From Eledone cirrhosa (taxonomy: Eukaryota): a DNA stretch of 64,000 nt. The stretch covers positions 160,208,001 to 160,272,000 of the forward strand of contig OZ024740.1 of NCBI GenBank assembly GCA_964016885.1, read 5' to 3'. Of this stretch, positions 40,560 to 52,864 are shown in pieces; within the stretch, counting starts at the first letter, position 1; each line of letters opens with the position of its first letter. The notes beneath the pieces are model-generated. The model had not been told where the DNA came from. It did not search any database and saw only the letters and a program-made list of their open reading frames with translations. The position numbers and the translations under genes were made by a program.

Positions 40560-42410
40560 TTGTACTACCTATATGTACTGGTCTTTGGCACTAGCATTGT
40601 AGTATAGTAGTAGTCTGCCTGGTCGCTTGTTGGTCGGTGGATGGTGGGGGTGCTAAACACACAATAACAATCGTTCGAATGCCACTGTGTGTGTGTGTGC
40701 GTGTGTTGTTGTCTCGTTTATTTACACGAGCCACCTCGTCTCGCTTCTCTCGGATCGATTATTTATTTGTGGTCCTAGGCGTTTGATCCAAAGTGCTTCC
40801 TTGATTCGTAACGTTCCAACCTTGCGTTCTGTCGCTAGCACTGTGACAATGGGCCTTCCGTCTTTGTTTCCGCATTTGGTTATGTGTTTCCGGAAAGACG
40901 AGACCCTGGTGTTGTGTGTTCCTTGATCCAGATATGTAGCGGCCTAATTGTGCTACCGATATAGTAGTGGTTGCACTTGTCACATTCTACCTTGTATACA
41001 ACGTATGTGCGTAAGCAACAGTTCGTATGGCGCATCGGACAGTTTCTAAGGGAAACGCGTCAGTTGATTTCCCGGGTTTCCTGGAGAGGCATCTCCGCAG
41101 GGAGGGGCCCGAGTGGCTCAGGTGGATGTCGAGGCCCTCTCTCCGTATAGCCCTGCGGATAGCGTTTGTGGTTTTCTCACCCAGGTGTGGTATTTTAAGG
41201 AAGCACTTGCCTTGGGTGTTTCTCTGCCTCTTGCGTCTGGTGTCTCTTACTCTGTTTGTGAGCGAGGGTTGGTATCCGTTCGTCTCCAGCACTTTGAGAA
41301 ATCGCTTGGTGTGGGTGACACCACTCATAGGATTGCTGCATCTGTTTTTAATTCGCATGATCTTGTTCGTGATGTACCTTCTTTTAGCACTGTTAGGGAG
41401 GGAAGACTTGTAGTGGACGAACAAGTCCCTTCAAGCTCCCTTGCGGTAGAAGTTGGTGTGGATCCCTCCCTGCTCCGTGATGTTGATTCGGAAGTCGAGG
41501 AGGGCAAGGGACCCGTCGTCGTTAGAGTGTCCAACACTGAAATCAATATTCTCGTCCACGTTGTTGAACCTCTCATAAATTCCGTTTGCCATAACCTGGG
41601 AAGATGTGAGGATGAGGATGTCGTCCACGTACCTTGCGAAAAAAGCGACGGCGTTGGGGTGGCAGTTGTTGAGTGCCTTGCACTCGAGACTGTCCATGTA
41701 TGAGATCGCTAGTACACCCAACAGGCTTGAGCCCATGGGCAGCCCCGAGGTTTGCCGGTATGTTTGGTCGAGAAAAGCGAAATACGTGTTGTGAACTACG
41801 ACGGATAAGAGCTGGTGGATGTCAGTAGGTGTGAGCTTGAAGCAGTGTATGCTGGTAGATTGAACGCATTCCATCAGTATATCAACGGCGGGGAACGCCG
41901 GGACCGAGGTGTAAAGAGCGACCACATCAAGGCCGAAGGCATATCTGTTAGTCTTTCTGTTGTCGGGATCCATTTGATGCAGGCACTCCAAAACTTCCTC
42001 GGAGCTGTTTACGTGTCCCGGCAAGGTGTCTAGTATGGGTTTGAGTATACTGGCTAGGAGCCATGAAATTTTTAAGAGTGGTCCTTTCACGCTTGACACA
42101 ATAGGACTGATCTTCAGGTCGGGTCCCTGATTGTATGTTTTCACAAGGTGGTAGAAGGCGGGTAGTCTGCTGTTCCTCGTGAGGAGGTTGTATCTGAGCT
42201 TCTTCGGGAGCTTCCGCCGGTCACAGATGTTGGTTCAGGCGGCGTTGATATGCTCCTTGATCTGCGCGGGAGTGATCCCTGTAACTTTGGAGTAGAGGTT
42301 GTCATCATCAAGGTGTTGGAGAGCCAGGGTGTTGTAGGCCTCTCTGCTGATGACGCAGAATTCTTTTCCCTTGTCAGAGGGGAGGTAGATGAAGTTCTTC
42401 TACTTTCCCT
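40560..42410 (-). mobile_element. Degenerate PLE (RT + GIY-YIG), related to 10058-11365
   Basis: LPSDKG, LPAFYHLVKT, PIVSS, GLDVVALYTSVP, YRQTSGLPMGS, ARYVDDIL, LALLD and FYRK, then a frameshifted EN. Confidence 0.9.
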
Positions 42411-42838
42411 TACATCTCTCTCTTCACCACCGGATTCTGTTATTTATTTATCAATTTTTTATATATTTTTTATATATTTATTTTAATTTTAATTTTAATT
42501 TTATTTACATTTATTCATATATTAACGTTTATTCATTTATTTTTCCCTCTATTCTTCTTTCTATCCTACGTTATTTTTATTTATGCTTGTCTCTACTCTG
42601 TTTATCATCAATTTCTATATATTTTCTTCTCTTTATATGTTTTTTTCCTCTGTAATAATTTCTCCTTTTTCTTCTTTTTTCTCTTTCTCTTTTTCTTTTT
42701 CCTTTTTCCTTTCCTTTCTTTCTTTACTGTATCTATCTTCCTTTCTTCCTTATTTTCTATATATATCTTTATTATTAATATTATTATTGATGATGTAATC
42801 TGAATTTGTAAATTTGCCGGTTACATATATTTTCAATA

Positions 42839-42950
42839 ACAGTTTCTGAAGATCTGATTGAGCTAATATCGTATTTAAAATTGAGTGGCACTTCTTCTAG
42901 TGTTCAGCAATTTTTTGACATCTTTATCAGTGAAACAATTGTTAGACTGT
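42839..42950 (+). ncRNA. Type I hammerhead motif with ~70-nt stem II loop in pLTR-like segment 42410-43170
   Basis: ACAGTTT-CTGAAGA-T-CTGAT...ATCAG-T-GAAA-CAATTG-TT-AGACTGT. Confidence 0.75.
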
Positions 42951-43195
42951 AAATATCACCTTTTTTGTACCGTTGACCATGTTATTCTCCACTTTTTCAA
43001 ATTTATTACTGCAAGATAAACTTACATAGGAATACAAGTGAAATCATAAACTCGTCATCTACGGAACCCTCTTGTTGAGTCAAACAACGCCATACGCTAA
43101 AACTATCCTTAATAAGAAGTATTCACAACCTCTAACTGGATTACCTATAACGATATTTTGTTCTCCTTTATATATATGTATATATATATATATAT

Positions 43196-43266
<71 letters not shown>

Positions 43267-43363
43267 TATATATATATATATATTAATATAAGGAACCAGA
43301 TGGACCATAACGATTAAAAATTGACAAATGATTAAAAATACAGATATAAATATATATATAGTC

Positions 43364-43407
43364 TATCAAAGTTCTTTCGTTGCACATCTGCAACATCATC
43401 AGTGGTA
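43364..43407 (-). ncRNA. Minimal hammerhead motif (arm 1 of inverted pLTR pair 43290-43690)
   Basis: Minus strand: TACCA-CTGATGA-T-GTTGC/AGATGT/GCAAC-GAAA-GAAC-TT-TGATA. Confidence 0.68.
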
Positions 43408-43499
43408 CTATTATGTTCCCTCCTACTGTACTGTATTGTAATGTCTACGCCATTTTTATTTTATTTATTTATTTATTTATTTATTTATTCTTGTCTCCG

Positions 43500-43544
43500 T
43501 ACCACTGATGATGTTGCAGATGTGCAATGAAAGAACTTTGATAG
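43500..43544 (+). ncRNA. Minimal hammerhead motif (arm 2)
   Basis: TACCA-CTGATGA-T-GTTGC/AGATGT/GCAAT-GAAA-GAAC-TT-TGATA; flanks are homologous to the 39080-39340 pLTR. Confidence 0.68.
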
Positions 43545-44059
43545 ACTATATATGTATATATATCTGTATTTTTAACCGTTGGTCAATCAATAAACGTTGA
43601 TTGCCAAATGAATTAACTATGGAGATATAAAAGATACAGAAGCGAAAATCAACCAAACAGTGAGTGTGTTCTGTTATTATTTCTGGCAATATATATATAT
43701 ACACACACACACACGTCATCATCATCATAACATCCATTTTCCCCAATAAAAGATGTTGGATATATGCATATATTTGCATATATATATATGGGGGTGTGGG
43801 GTGATATATTTGGCATGGAATCAAATGGAATGTCCTCATCACATGTACTTTTGCAAGTAGCATGTTGAGTTGATGTTAGATCTGTCTTTTACATCAACAA
43901 ATCCCACTGATGAAGGGAACAGAGAGAGAGAGAGGGGAGAGATGGATCTTTGCATGAGCCAGAGTGTTTTCAATTGCATCATTGTTTTTTATTTCTTTTA
44001 TTTGTACTTTTTAAAAATGTTTAGTGAGTCTATATAATTGAAGGGATCTATATATAATA

Positions 44060-44240
44060 ATTGTTTCTACTTTTGGCACAAGGCCAGCAATTATCCAGTA
44101 CATTACTGGTACTTTATTTTATCGACCCCATAAGGATGAAAGGCAAAGTTAACCTCGGCGGGATTTGAACTCAGAATGGCAAGGGCCGTAACTCTATGCG
44201 CCAAAGCATGGCGTCCAACCCTCTACCGATACTGCCAATT
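44060..44240 (-). mobile_element. Cephalopod-type SINE (Nin-like domain), young copy
   Basis: Near-exact reverse complement of 26998-27180. Confidence 0.85.
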
Positions 44241-46344
44241 AATCATCATCATTTAAGGGTTGTTTTCCTGTATATCCAGATATACAGTTGATAGGTTACT
44301 TTAAGTAGACTGCTCATGTATTAAAGTACTCAATAAGATAAAAGTAAAATTACTAACTATTTTGTTTTTAGCTATTCTACAAATGTACTTTTGTCTTTAT
44401 GAAAGTTTACTCGTACTTAAAACAACTGCACTTCAGTAAAATGCCGAAAACAAATGTGTTAAAAAACTGTGCAGCAACATTAATGCCCAAAAGAGAAAAA
44501 CAGCTGTTAATTTTAGCAATTCAAATGACAATTTCGATGCACTTTTATTGCTTTGTTAATTCGCTTGTTTATTTACTTTGGTGTATATTTTAGTAAAGTT
44601 GACAAAAACCTAAAAATAGGTGTAGACATGGCAGTATGGATAAGGCTTTTTCTTCACCAACGTGTAGTTCTGTGTTCAGAACAACACTAGTGAAATTTGG
44701 TTAAAGGAAATTGCAGACACCAACCAAATGAAGCAACCAAACTGAGACTTTGAAACCACTGCTTTATTTCTACTTAGAAAATAAATCTCAACACTCTACT
44801 GACCAGCATTTTGTGCTCATTCAGTTAATGTTTGATTATTCTATATAAATACTACAGTATCTTAAACAGATTTTCTAATCATGAGATTTCACTCTGATAC
44901 ACCTTCAATATTTTACACTTCCAAGGGGCTCAGTCATGAGACTGCGACCAAGTTGGGGCATTACCTTGATTTAGTCAGTCATATCGAGTCCAGTACAAAT
45001 TCTTTCAAGTCTAATTCTTGAAAGCTAAAAATAGGAACTGAAACATGTACACGCACACACATGCACACATGAAAGAAATGAGCACTCAACACATTTTAAA
45101 TCACACATATATTAGGCTGTTTGTAAAATGACTTTGTTTCAGAAGAGCATAATTTAAGATTTCACATCATTGTGAAAATTTACTCCTGATTATTCAGAAC
45201 CTGTGATCTGGATAATCAGGTGTGTATTTTCTCACTCTTGTGAAACTGAGCGATGCAATTCTAAGACTGTTTATACAAATATATGGATCAAGGAGCACTT
45301 GATGATGAGAGCTTCTTCTGTTAAAAAAAACATCTTGACATATGTATGTATATACATGTATGCAAATATATGTATATGTGTGTGTGTGTGTGTGTATGTG
45401 TGTGTGTGTATAAACACATTTTCATTTCTTTTATGACTGTCAAGAATATGTACATAGGCGAAAATAATAGTCAAGAACTTTTCCTTTCTCAACTCGATTC
45501 AGCAGGACATTAGGTTTTCTGAGTGACCATGCAAAGTCGTCTGTTCAAGACACTTGAAAAGAGATGCCTTCATCATGATCCCTATACTATTAATGCAAGG
45601 CTGGTCATCAAGATTGCTTTTGTGGGAGGTGTAGTTGGCTGTAGATTCTGTGACTGTGATTCACCAGATGTATGAGTTTCCTGTAGTGTGGCAGGGCCAA
45701 TATTGTATTGTGTATGTTCAAGTGCTAGGTTGTAAAAAAAGAATATTTCAAGTGCCAGGTTGTAAAAAAAGAAAATTTCTTCCTTCTTTTGTGGAATTGT
45801 TCATCCATTAAATCCTAAGAATATTTTACATATTTTGAAAGTTCGAAATATTGTGGTCATTTGTAGCATGCATGTGTGTGTGTGCATATGTATAAACCAT
45901 GAATGTATGTATATGTGTCTGCATGTATGGGAATATGCATATATTTGAATTGTTGTATGTATGAGTTCCATGACATGAAAAATATCCTATATATCAAGAA
46001 GTAAAGCTAAGATTTGCTGATAATGACCAACCAGTATAAATATCTGTAGTAGAAATGGTAACACAGATTAAGTCAAAGTATAATTCAACTATAATTTAAT
46101 TGGTTAATAAGAGAATCATCAGAATACAATGAATGTTATCACTGATTTTATTGTTCCATAATTGCATTGATAAATTAAGGTTCATTTTGCCATTGACTGT
46201 CATGAACTGTTCACTGAAATTATTGTATTCAATAATGGAATTGAATCAATGGAGATAAATTTCTTTGAAGTGTGCATATTTGACTACTGACCCAAAATTA
46301 TATTTGTTCATTACGTAAAATTATATTTAGCCTAGGCAAAATAT

Positions 46345-46540
46345 GATTTCTAATTTTGGCACAAGGCCAGCAATTTACAGAAAGAGGAAAGTTGATTATA
46401 TCAACCACTGTAATTGACTGATATTTTATTTCATCAACCTTAGTTGGATGAAAGGTAAACTTGACCTCACTGGGATTTGAACTCAGAATGTAATGCTAAG
46501 CATTTGTCCAATGCTCTGGTGATTCTATCAATCCACTCGT
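46345..46540 (-). mobile_element. Degenerate SINE of the same family
   Basis: TTTTGGCACAAGGCCAGCAAT...GGATGAAAGG...GGATTTGAACTCAGAATG. Further decayed copies at about 46625-46700, 53325-53530 and 54410-54540. Confidence 0.7.
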
Positions 46541-47514
46541 CTGCTAGGTTATACATTAGGTATAAACAGTGAATCTACCAAATCTTTAAAGCATAAAAAA
46601 AATCCTTGTGACATTTATTCTTGTTCTCTGTACTCAGAATTCAAACCCTACTGTGGTTAACTTTGTCTTTAGCATTTCTGGGTCTAATAAAATAAAGTAC
46701 ATGATTTAATGCAATTATCATAGCATTGGAGGAGACACTTTGCAGTATTTGTTTCAGCTCAGTTTAAATTCTGCTGTGGGTTTTTTTTAATGCCAGACAT
46801 AATCAATCACCTAGTTTTACTGCACCACATTGTGCTTGAATGCATTCACTGCAGTCTATTCTATTTGGGCCAGGCTTCTGGTTTGAAATGATGTTACTTT
46901 TCTCTCATTCGTCTTGGAATCCCTGAAACAAGTAAAAGATCAGGGGTGGTTCCTTTTTTTATCAAGTTACAAAACGAAAACTAAAATACATCTACCCACT
47001 TGAATTAAACTAATTTACACAACAACAACAACAGCAGCAACAGTAAAACATTAAACAATATTTTATTTAATGTATAAACTTGCAGAAACATTAATTTAAT
47101 GATAGTTTGGTAGAATCAAATTTTGTTTAATATTAAAGGGAAAATTCTGAATTTACATGTCTTTCTTTTCCCCCAAGGAATATTATAGCTTTTGTAAATG
47201 TATCTCATGTAAAAATTGATCAGTTTAGATTGTGAACCTAATACAATAGACATTTTGATTTTCTCACTTAACTGAATACAAATGACCAATACATTTTGCA
47301 TAATATTCAAATTTTCTTCGGCATACCTGGGTATGCATGCATATGTATATGTGTTTGTGTGTGTGAATTTCATGGGTTCATATTGGTGTGAGTTGCAATG
47401 AAGCAAAAAGAATGAACAATACTTTTAACTAGAATTGAATAGCATTTATTCAAAATTGAGTCCACATGAGTAGCTACATAGAGATTCTTATTCAGATGAT
47501 AATTAAATATATAT

Positions 47515-48200
47515 CATCATCATCATCATCATCATCGTTTAACGTCCATCTTCCATGCTAGCATGGGTTTGGACGGGAATTTTCCCACTTGAGGCAAGAT
47601 TGGTTGTCTTGCTCGTATAGGACTGTCTGGCGGGTTTTCTACGGCTGGATGCCCTTCCTAGCACCAACTACGTTTACAGTGTGGACTGGGAGGTTTTTAC
47701 CGTGTTACCTACACGGCCACATTACAGTGTGGACTGTGTGTTTTTTTTTGTTGTGACACCTACACGACCTCATTTGTTTCGGACTGGATGTTGTGGTACC
47801 AACATAACTTTACATAAGAAGCGGTGGTGTGGATGGGGTGGGGGTAGTGGGACGGGGTGTATTTTTGTTAGAGGTGCCTACTGACTGTAGGTTTCGCTTT
47901 GTACTTAGGCAAGGCGGGTCATCTGTATTACTGTGTAGCGCCAGAGATCTTGGTTCAGTGACATTGTCTTGGAGAGGTGTAAGTGTGTGAGGTCGGAATT
48001 TATCAAGTCGTCCCACGTTTTTCTGGGTCTGCCTACTCCGTGGCTACCGTCTATTTTTATCGCCCTGCACTTTTTTATACAGCTGTCGTCTTTCATGCGC
48101 ATTACGTGACCGTACCAACGTAGTCTTCTCTCGAGTAAACAGCATCTGATCCCTCTTATTCCTAATTTCTCCCTTAGTTCGTTTATGCTTTGCCGTTCAT
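47515..48200 (-). mobile_element. RTE LINE 3' end (family of 56030-59420)
   Basis: [35 protein letters not shown]...GRPRKTW, followed by the 3' UTR and a (GAT)n tail. Confidence 0.9.
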
Positions 48201-48229
48201 GTATATATATATATATATATAATAAAATT

Positions 48230-48460
48230 ACATATATAAAACTACAACTGTTTTTTTCATTGAGAATGATAAAAAACACCCAGTACACACTGTAAATATG
48301 GTTGGTGTTATAAAGGGCATCCAGCCATAGAAACCAAGCCAAAATAAGCTCTGTATGAGCAAGACACACTCATCTGATCTGGCTTGTCTAACAATGAGAC
48401 AACTTGTCTGACCCATGCTAGCACGGAAAAATGAATGTTAAACAGTGAGGAGGATGATAT
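48230..48460 (+). mobile_element. SINE/RTE-tail fragment
   Basis: CTGTAAATATGGTTGGTGTTATAAAGGGCATCCAGCC...ACCCATGCTAGCACGGAAAA..GTTAAAC-GAGGAGGATGAT, homologous to the RTE 3' UTR at 62600-62770. Confidence 0.7.
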
Positions 48461-48485
48461 ATACATATATATACTTATATATATA

Positions 48486-48525
<40 letters not shown>

Positions 48526-48748
48526 CTATGTTAAGGTATCAAACATATTTAATATGTATGATGATCATGTTTCTCAATAAATAACCCCAATAGACCTTGG
48601 TTCAGAGCATCAATAATTCAAATTTTTAAATTTGAATTACATATATATATATATGTATGTATATAAGGGGGAGAGAGAGAGAGAGGAAGAAAGAAAAAAA
48701 GGGGAGTGTCTGCAGTGCTGGCTGAGACCATTAACCATGGGAGTACTC

Positions 48749-49152
48749 AGGTCAGTGGATTGGCAGTATCGGTAGAGTCGGACACCATGCTTTGTAGCAT
48801 AGAGTTACGGTCCTTTATGGTCTGAGTACAAATTCCGCTGAGCTTAACTTTGCCTTTCATCATTATGGGGTCAATAAAATAATTGTTTCTACTTTTGGCA
48901 CAAGGCCAGCAATTATTCCAGTGCATTACTGGTACTTTATTTTATCGACCCCGTAAGGATGAACGGCAAAGTTAACCTAGGCGGTATTTGAACTCAGAAT
49001 GGCAAGGGCCGTAACTCTATGCATCAAAGCATGGCGTCCAACCCTCTACCGATACTGCCAATTCACAAAATAATACACCAGTAACATACTGGGTTGATTT
49101 AATCAGCTTTCCCCTTCCCCCAAATTACTGGCCTTGTGCCTATACCAGAAAT
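48749..49152 (+). mobile_element. SINE with a second SINE (48884-49066, minus) nested inside
   Basis: Outer TSD CATTAA(C/T)CATGGGAGTACTC at 48729-48748 and 49153-49172; inner TSD AAAATAAT at 48876-48883 and 49067-49074. Confidence 0.85.
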
Positions 49153-49274
49153 CATTAATCATGGGAGTACTCGATGCATGGGGAGATACAGAGTAGGTAT
49201 AGAGATATGAAAAATTCTGACTGTGGCGCCAACACCAAACCAAAACCGCTTGGCACCGCAGTTGGGATTTTACA

Positions 49275-49321
<47 letters not shown>

Positions 49322-49329
<8 letters not shown>

Positions 49330-50038
49330 AAATCAAAAGATGGTTACAAGTGTTCCATGTATTTTATTATGCGCATTTTAAAAACAAATATCATCATGGG
49401 ATGATATTTGCATTCTCATCAGATAAAATAGGGAGACATGATATGAAGCTTAAAAAACACTTGCGAGCAGTGAAGTGTTAAATCAACATATGAAAAATAA
49501 AATAAGATGGATATATGAGATTGGGAAAAAAAAAAGGAAAGGAAAAGGTAAGGAAGAGGAAGGAAAAATATAATAAGAAAGAAAAAAATATATAATAATA
49601 AGGAAAGGATAACGGAGGAGGAGTATAAGAAGGAAGGATGAGAGAGGAGAAGAAAATCCTTCCTTCCTTCTTATACTCCTCCTCCGTCATCCTTTCCTTA
49701 TTATTATATTTTTTTCTTTTCTTATTATATTCTTTCTTCCTTTTCCATTTTTTTCCCAATCTCATATATCCATCTTATTTTATTTTTCATATGTTAATTT
49801 AACACTTCACTGCTTGCAAGTGTTTTTTAAGCTTCATATCATGTCTCCCTATTTCATCTGATGAGAACGCAAATATCATCCCATGATATTTGTTTTTGAA
49901 ATGCGCATAATAAAATACATGGACCTCTTTTAACCATCTTTTGATTTTATATTATTTATACTCCAGTCCTATAAACTGTTGAGGGCTACTTATCCGATAT
50001 TTGCATTGCTTTATTGTGCTACAATAAAACTCACCTCC

Positions 50039-50042
<4 letters not shown>
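49322..50042 (-). mobile_element. Fold-back PLE pLTR insertion (older subfamily) with tail
   Basis: 49322-49638 is inverted relative to 49661-49955. The tail 49956-50042 is the reverse complement of the 6514/19615 tail. HHR motifs lie at 49362-49428 (minus, GAAA mutated to TAAA) and 49852-49915 (plus). Confidence 0.85.
49852..49915 (+). ncRNA. Type I hammerhead ribozyme motif
   Basis: TTTCAT-CTGATGA-GAACGCAAATATCAT/CCC/ATGATATTTGTTTTT-GAAA-TGCGCA-TA-ATAAAA. Confidence 0.72.
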
Positions 50043-50078
<36 letters not shown>

Positions 50079-50081
<3 letters not shown>

Positions 50082-51240
50082 TCATCATCATCATTTTACG
50101 TCCGCTTTTCCCTGCTTGCAAGGGTGGGATGGGTCTTATTCAGCACAGCATCTCTCCACTCGTCACCGTCCTTCGTCATCTCCACCGTGAGCTTCAATGA
50201 TCTGAGGTCTGTTTCTCACCACCTCCGCCCATGTTTTTCGTGGTCTACCTCTACCACGTCTTCCTTCAACTGGCATTTCCTGGCACTTCTTCACCCATCA
50301 GTCATCCTCCATGCGCATCACATGTCCATACCACCTCAGTCTCCTCTCCTGTACACTACATTCTATCCCTCTCAGACAGTTTCTCTCTCAACACATTTAT
50401 GCTGGGTCGTTCACCCACATTTACACTGCACATCCAATGGAGCATGCTTGTCTCATTTCTCTCCAGCCGTCGCATATCCTCTGCAGTTGCTGCCCATGTC
50501 TCACTACCATGCAGCATCGCGCTCCTCACACAGGCATGATACAACCGGCCTTTCGTACGCAGGGAGAAACCCTTCTTCGTCAACAGAGGAAGCAGCTCCC
50601 TAAACTTCTTCTAACCCGTCCTTATTCTAGATACTATGGCCTCGGAACACCCTCCTCCCATGCTAATCTGATCTCCTAAGTACCGGAAGCTATCCACCAT
50701 TTCTATAGCGCCCTCCTGCATTTGAAAAATGTGTCTATCAATGCGACTTCTACTGTCTAATTTCCCTGTACATTTACTGCATACATATTTCTCCCTACCT
50801 GTTTGTTTGCCTGCTATCCCGCTACATCTCTTGTGTACCCAGGATCTGCATTGTGTGCATTTTATAGAATTTATGCCAGTTCCTTTTCTGCATATCGAAC
50901 ATGGCCATTTCCCTGATGGAATCAGGGTTTTGTCCTTTTTTCTACTCATCAACACTTTTGTCTTAGTTAGGTTCACTCTCAGTCCTCTTGCTTCCAACTG
51001 CTGTTTCCATAGCCAGAATTTATTCTCTAGCTCCTCTACTGATTCTGCTATAAGAACCAGATCGTCAGCGTAGAGAAGTTCCCATGGACAGCCAGTCTTA
51101 AACTCCTCTGTTATGGCTTGGAGGACCATAATGAACAAGAGCGGGCTGAGGACTGAACCCTGATGTACTCCTACTTGTATCTGGAATTCCTCACTAAACT
51201 CCATTCCTACCCTGACTTTACTGAGAGTACCTCTGTACAA
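50079..51240 (-). mobile_element. 5'-truncated RTE LINE (RT core, PHD finger, 3' end), family of 28695-31620
   Basis: GVHQGSVLSPLLF, LLYADD, KWPCSICRKG...CTQC..WVHKRC...CSKC and FRYLG, plus a (GAT)n tail. Confidence 0.92.
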
Positions 51241-51399
51241 ATATATATATATATATATATATATCACATTCCATTCGTCACAACACTGATTCTCTTTTTT
51301 TCTGTGATATCAAACTCTGCTCTATCAGAGCATCAAGTGCTCATACAGCCTACCACATACGGACGCTTTAAGCATCCAACACCAATTATATATATATAT

Positions 51400-51840
51400 A
51401 TCATCATCATCATTTTACATCTGCTTTTCCCTGCTTGCAAGGGTTGGACGGGTCCCATTCAGCACACCATCTCTCCACTTGTCACAGTCCTTCGTCATCT
51501 CCTCGGTGAGTTTCAGTGATCTGAGGTCTTCTCTCACCACCTCCGCCCATGTTTTTCGTGGTCTACCACTACTGCATCTTCCCCCCACTGAGACTTCCTG
51601 GCACTTCTTCACCCATCGATCATCCTCCATGCGCATCACGTGTCCATACCATCTTAGCCTTCTCTCCTGCACACCACAACTTATCCCTCTTATACCCAGT
51701 TTCTTTCTCAACTAGTCTATGCTTGGTCACTCACACACATTGACATTGCACATCCAATGGAGCATACTTGCTTCATTTCTCCCCAGCCGTCGCATATCTT
51801 CTGCAGTTGCTGCCCATGTCTCACTATCATGCAGCATCGC
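51400..51840 (-). mobile_element. RTE LINE 3' fragment
   Basis: [32 protein letters not shown]...GRPRKTW and a (GAT)n tail. Confidence 0.88.
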
Positions 51841-51849
51841 GATATTTGA

Positions 51850-52265
51850 ACTCTGATTGTAAAGTGCTGCAGACAGGGACAGTAAATGTAAATATGAGAC
51901 TTGGGGGAAATGATGTGAGCATGCTCCGTCTGATGTGTATTGTTAGTGTGCATGAACAATGGAGCCTGAATGAACCGAGAGAAAAACTGGGGATAAAAGT
52001 AATCAAATGTGTTCTGCAAGAGAGAAGATTGTGTTGGTTTGGACATGTGATGCTTATGGATGAGGAAAGTTTAGTGAAAATATGCCAGATTTTGCCAGGG
52101 GAACAAAACTGCAGTAGAAGACCAAGAAAAACCTGAGCAGAGGTAGTTTTGGCTGAGCTCAAAATACTGAACCTAAATGAAGAGATGACACAGGAATGCT
52201 ATGAGTAGAGGAAGGCTATGCTGAAAAGAACCCATCCAACCTACGAAGAGTAAAATGATGTTGAT
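51850..52265 (+). mobile_element. Older RTE LINE 3' fragment
   Basis: SMLRLMCIVSVHE...REKLGIKVIKCVLQERRLCWFGHVM...RPRKT. Confidence 0.82.
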
Positions 52266-52816
52266 AATGGTTTTGTTGAAGTTTCTAATGATTCTGTCAA
52301 TCAATTCAAACCAACAGTCTTTTGGTTGATAGTACTGCCATCTAACTAGTTCTGCCATCGTAGTTTGCAACAAATTTCATTCTAAGTAAATTTCAGACAA
52401 TATTGCTGCTTTGATTGTTGGAATATATGTAATAAAAATGTGGTGTTCAATAAAGGCTGCCAATTGTTAAATTTAAGCAAACACTAGAAGTGATTTACCT
52501 AAATTATTCCTCCCTTTAAACATTCACAACTTATCCAGTCTAGTCATATTGTGTAGTTGAATAAGGCATGTGCACTTGAATATGTATATGCATGCAAGTA
52601 TGTGTGCATGTGTGTATGTATATGTATGCGTGCAGTTTTGTATGTGTATGTATATATGTGTGTGTGTTTGTATGTACATGTTTGTGTATATGTATGTATG
52701 TGTGTTTGTATGCATATGTTTGTATATGCATATGTATGTGTGTGTGTTTGATGGTGTTAACAGTTGAGATTATGGTATCAATGTTTTCATTTTAATATGA
52801 GTGTTTGTGTGCATGT

Positions 52817-52864
<48 letters not shown>

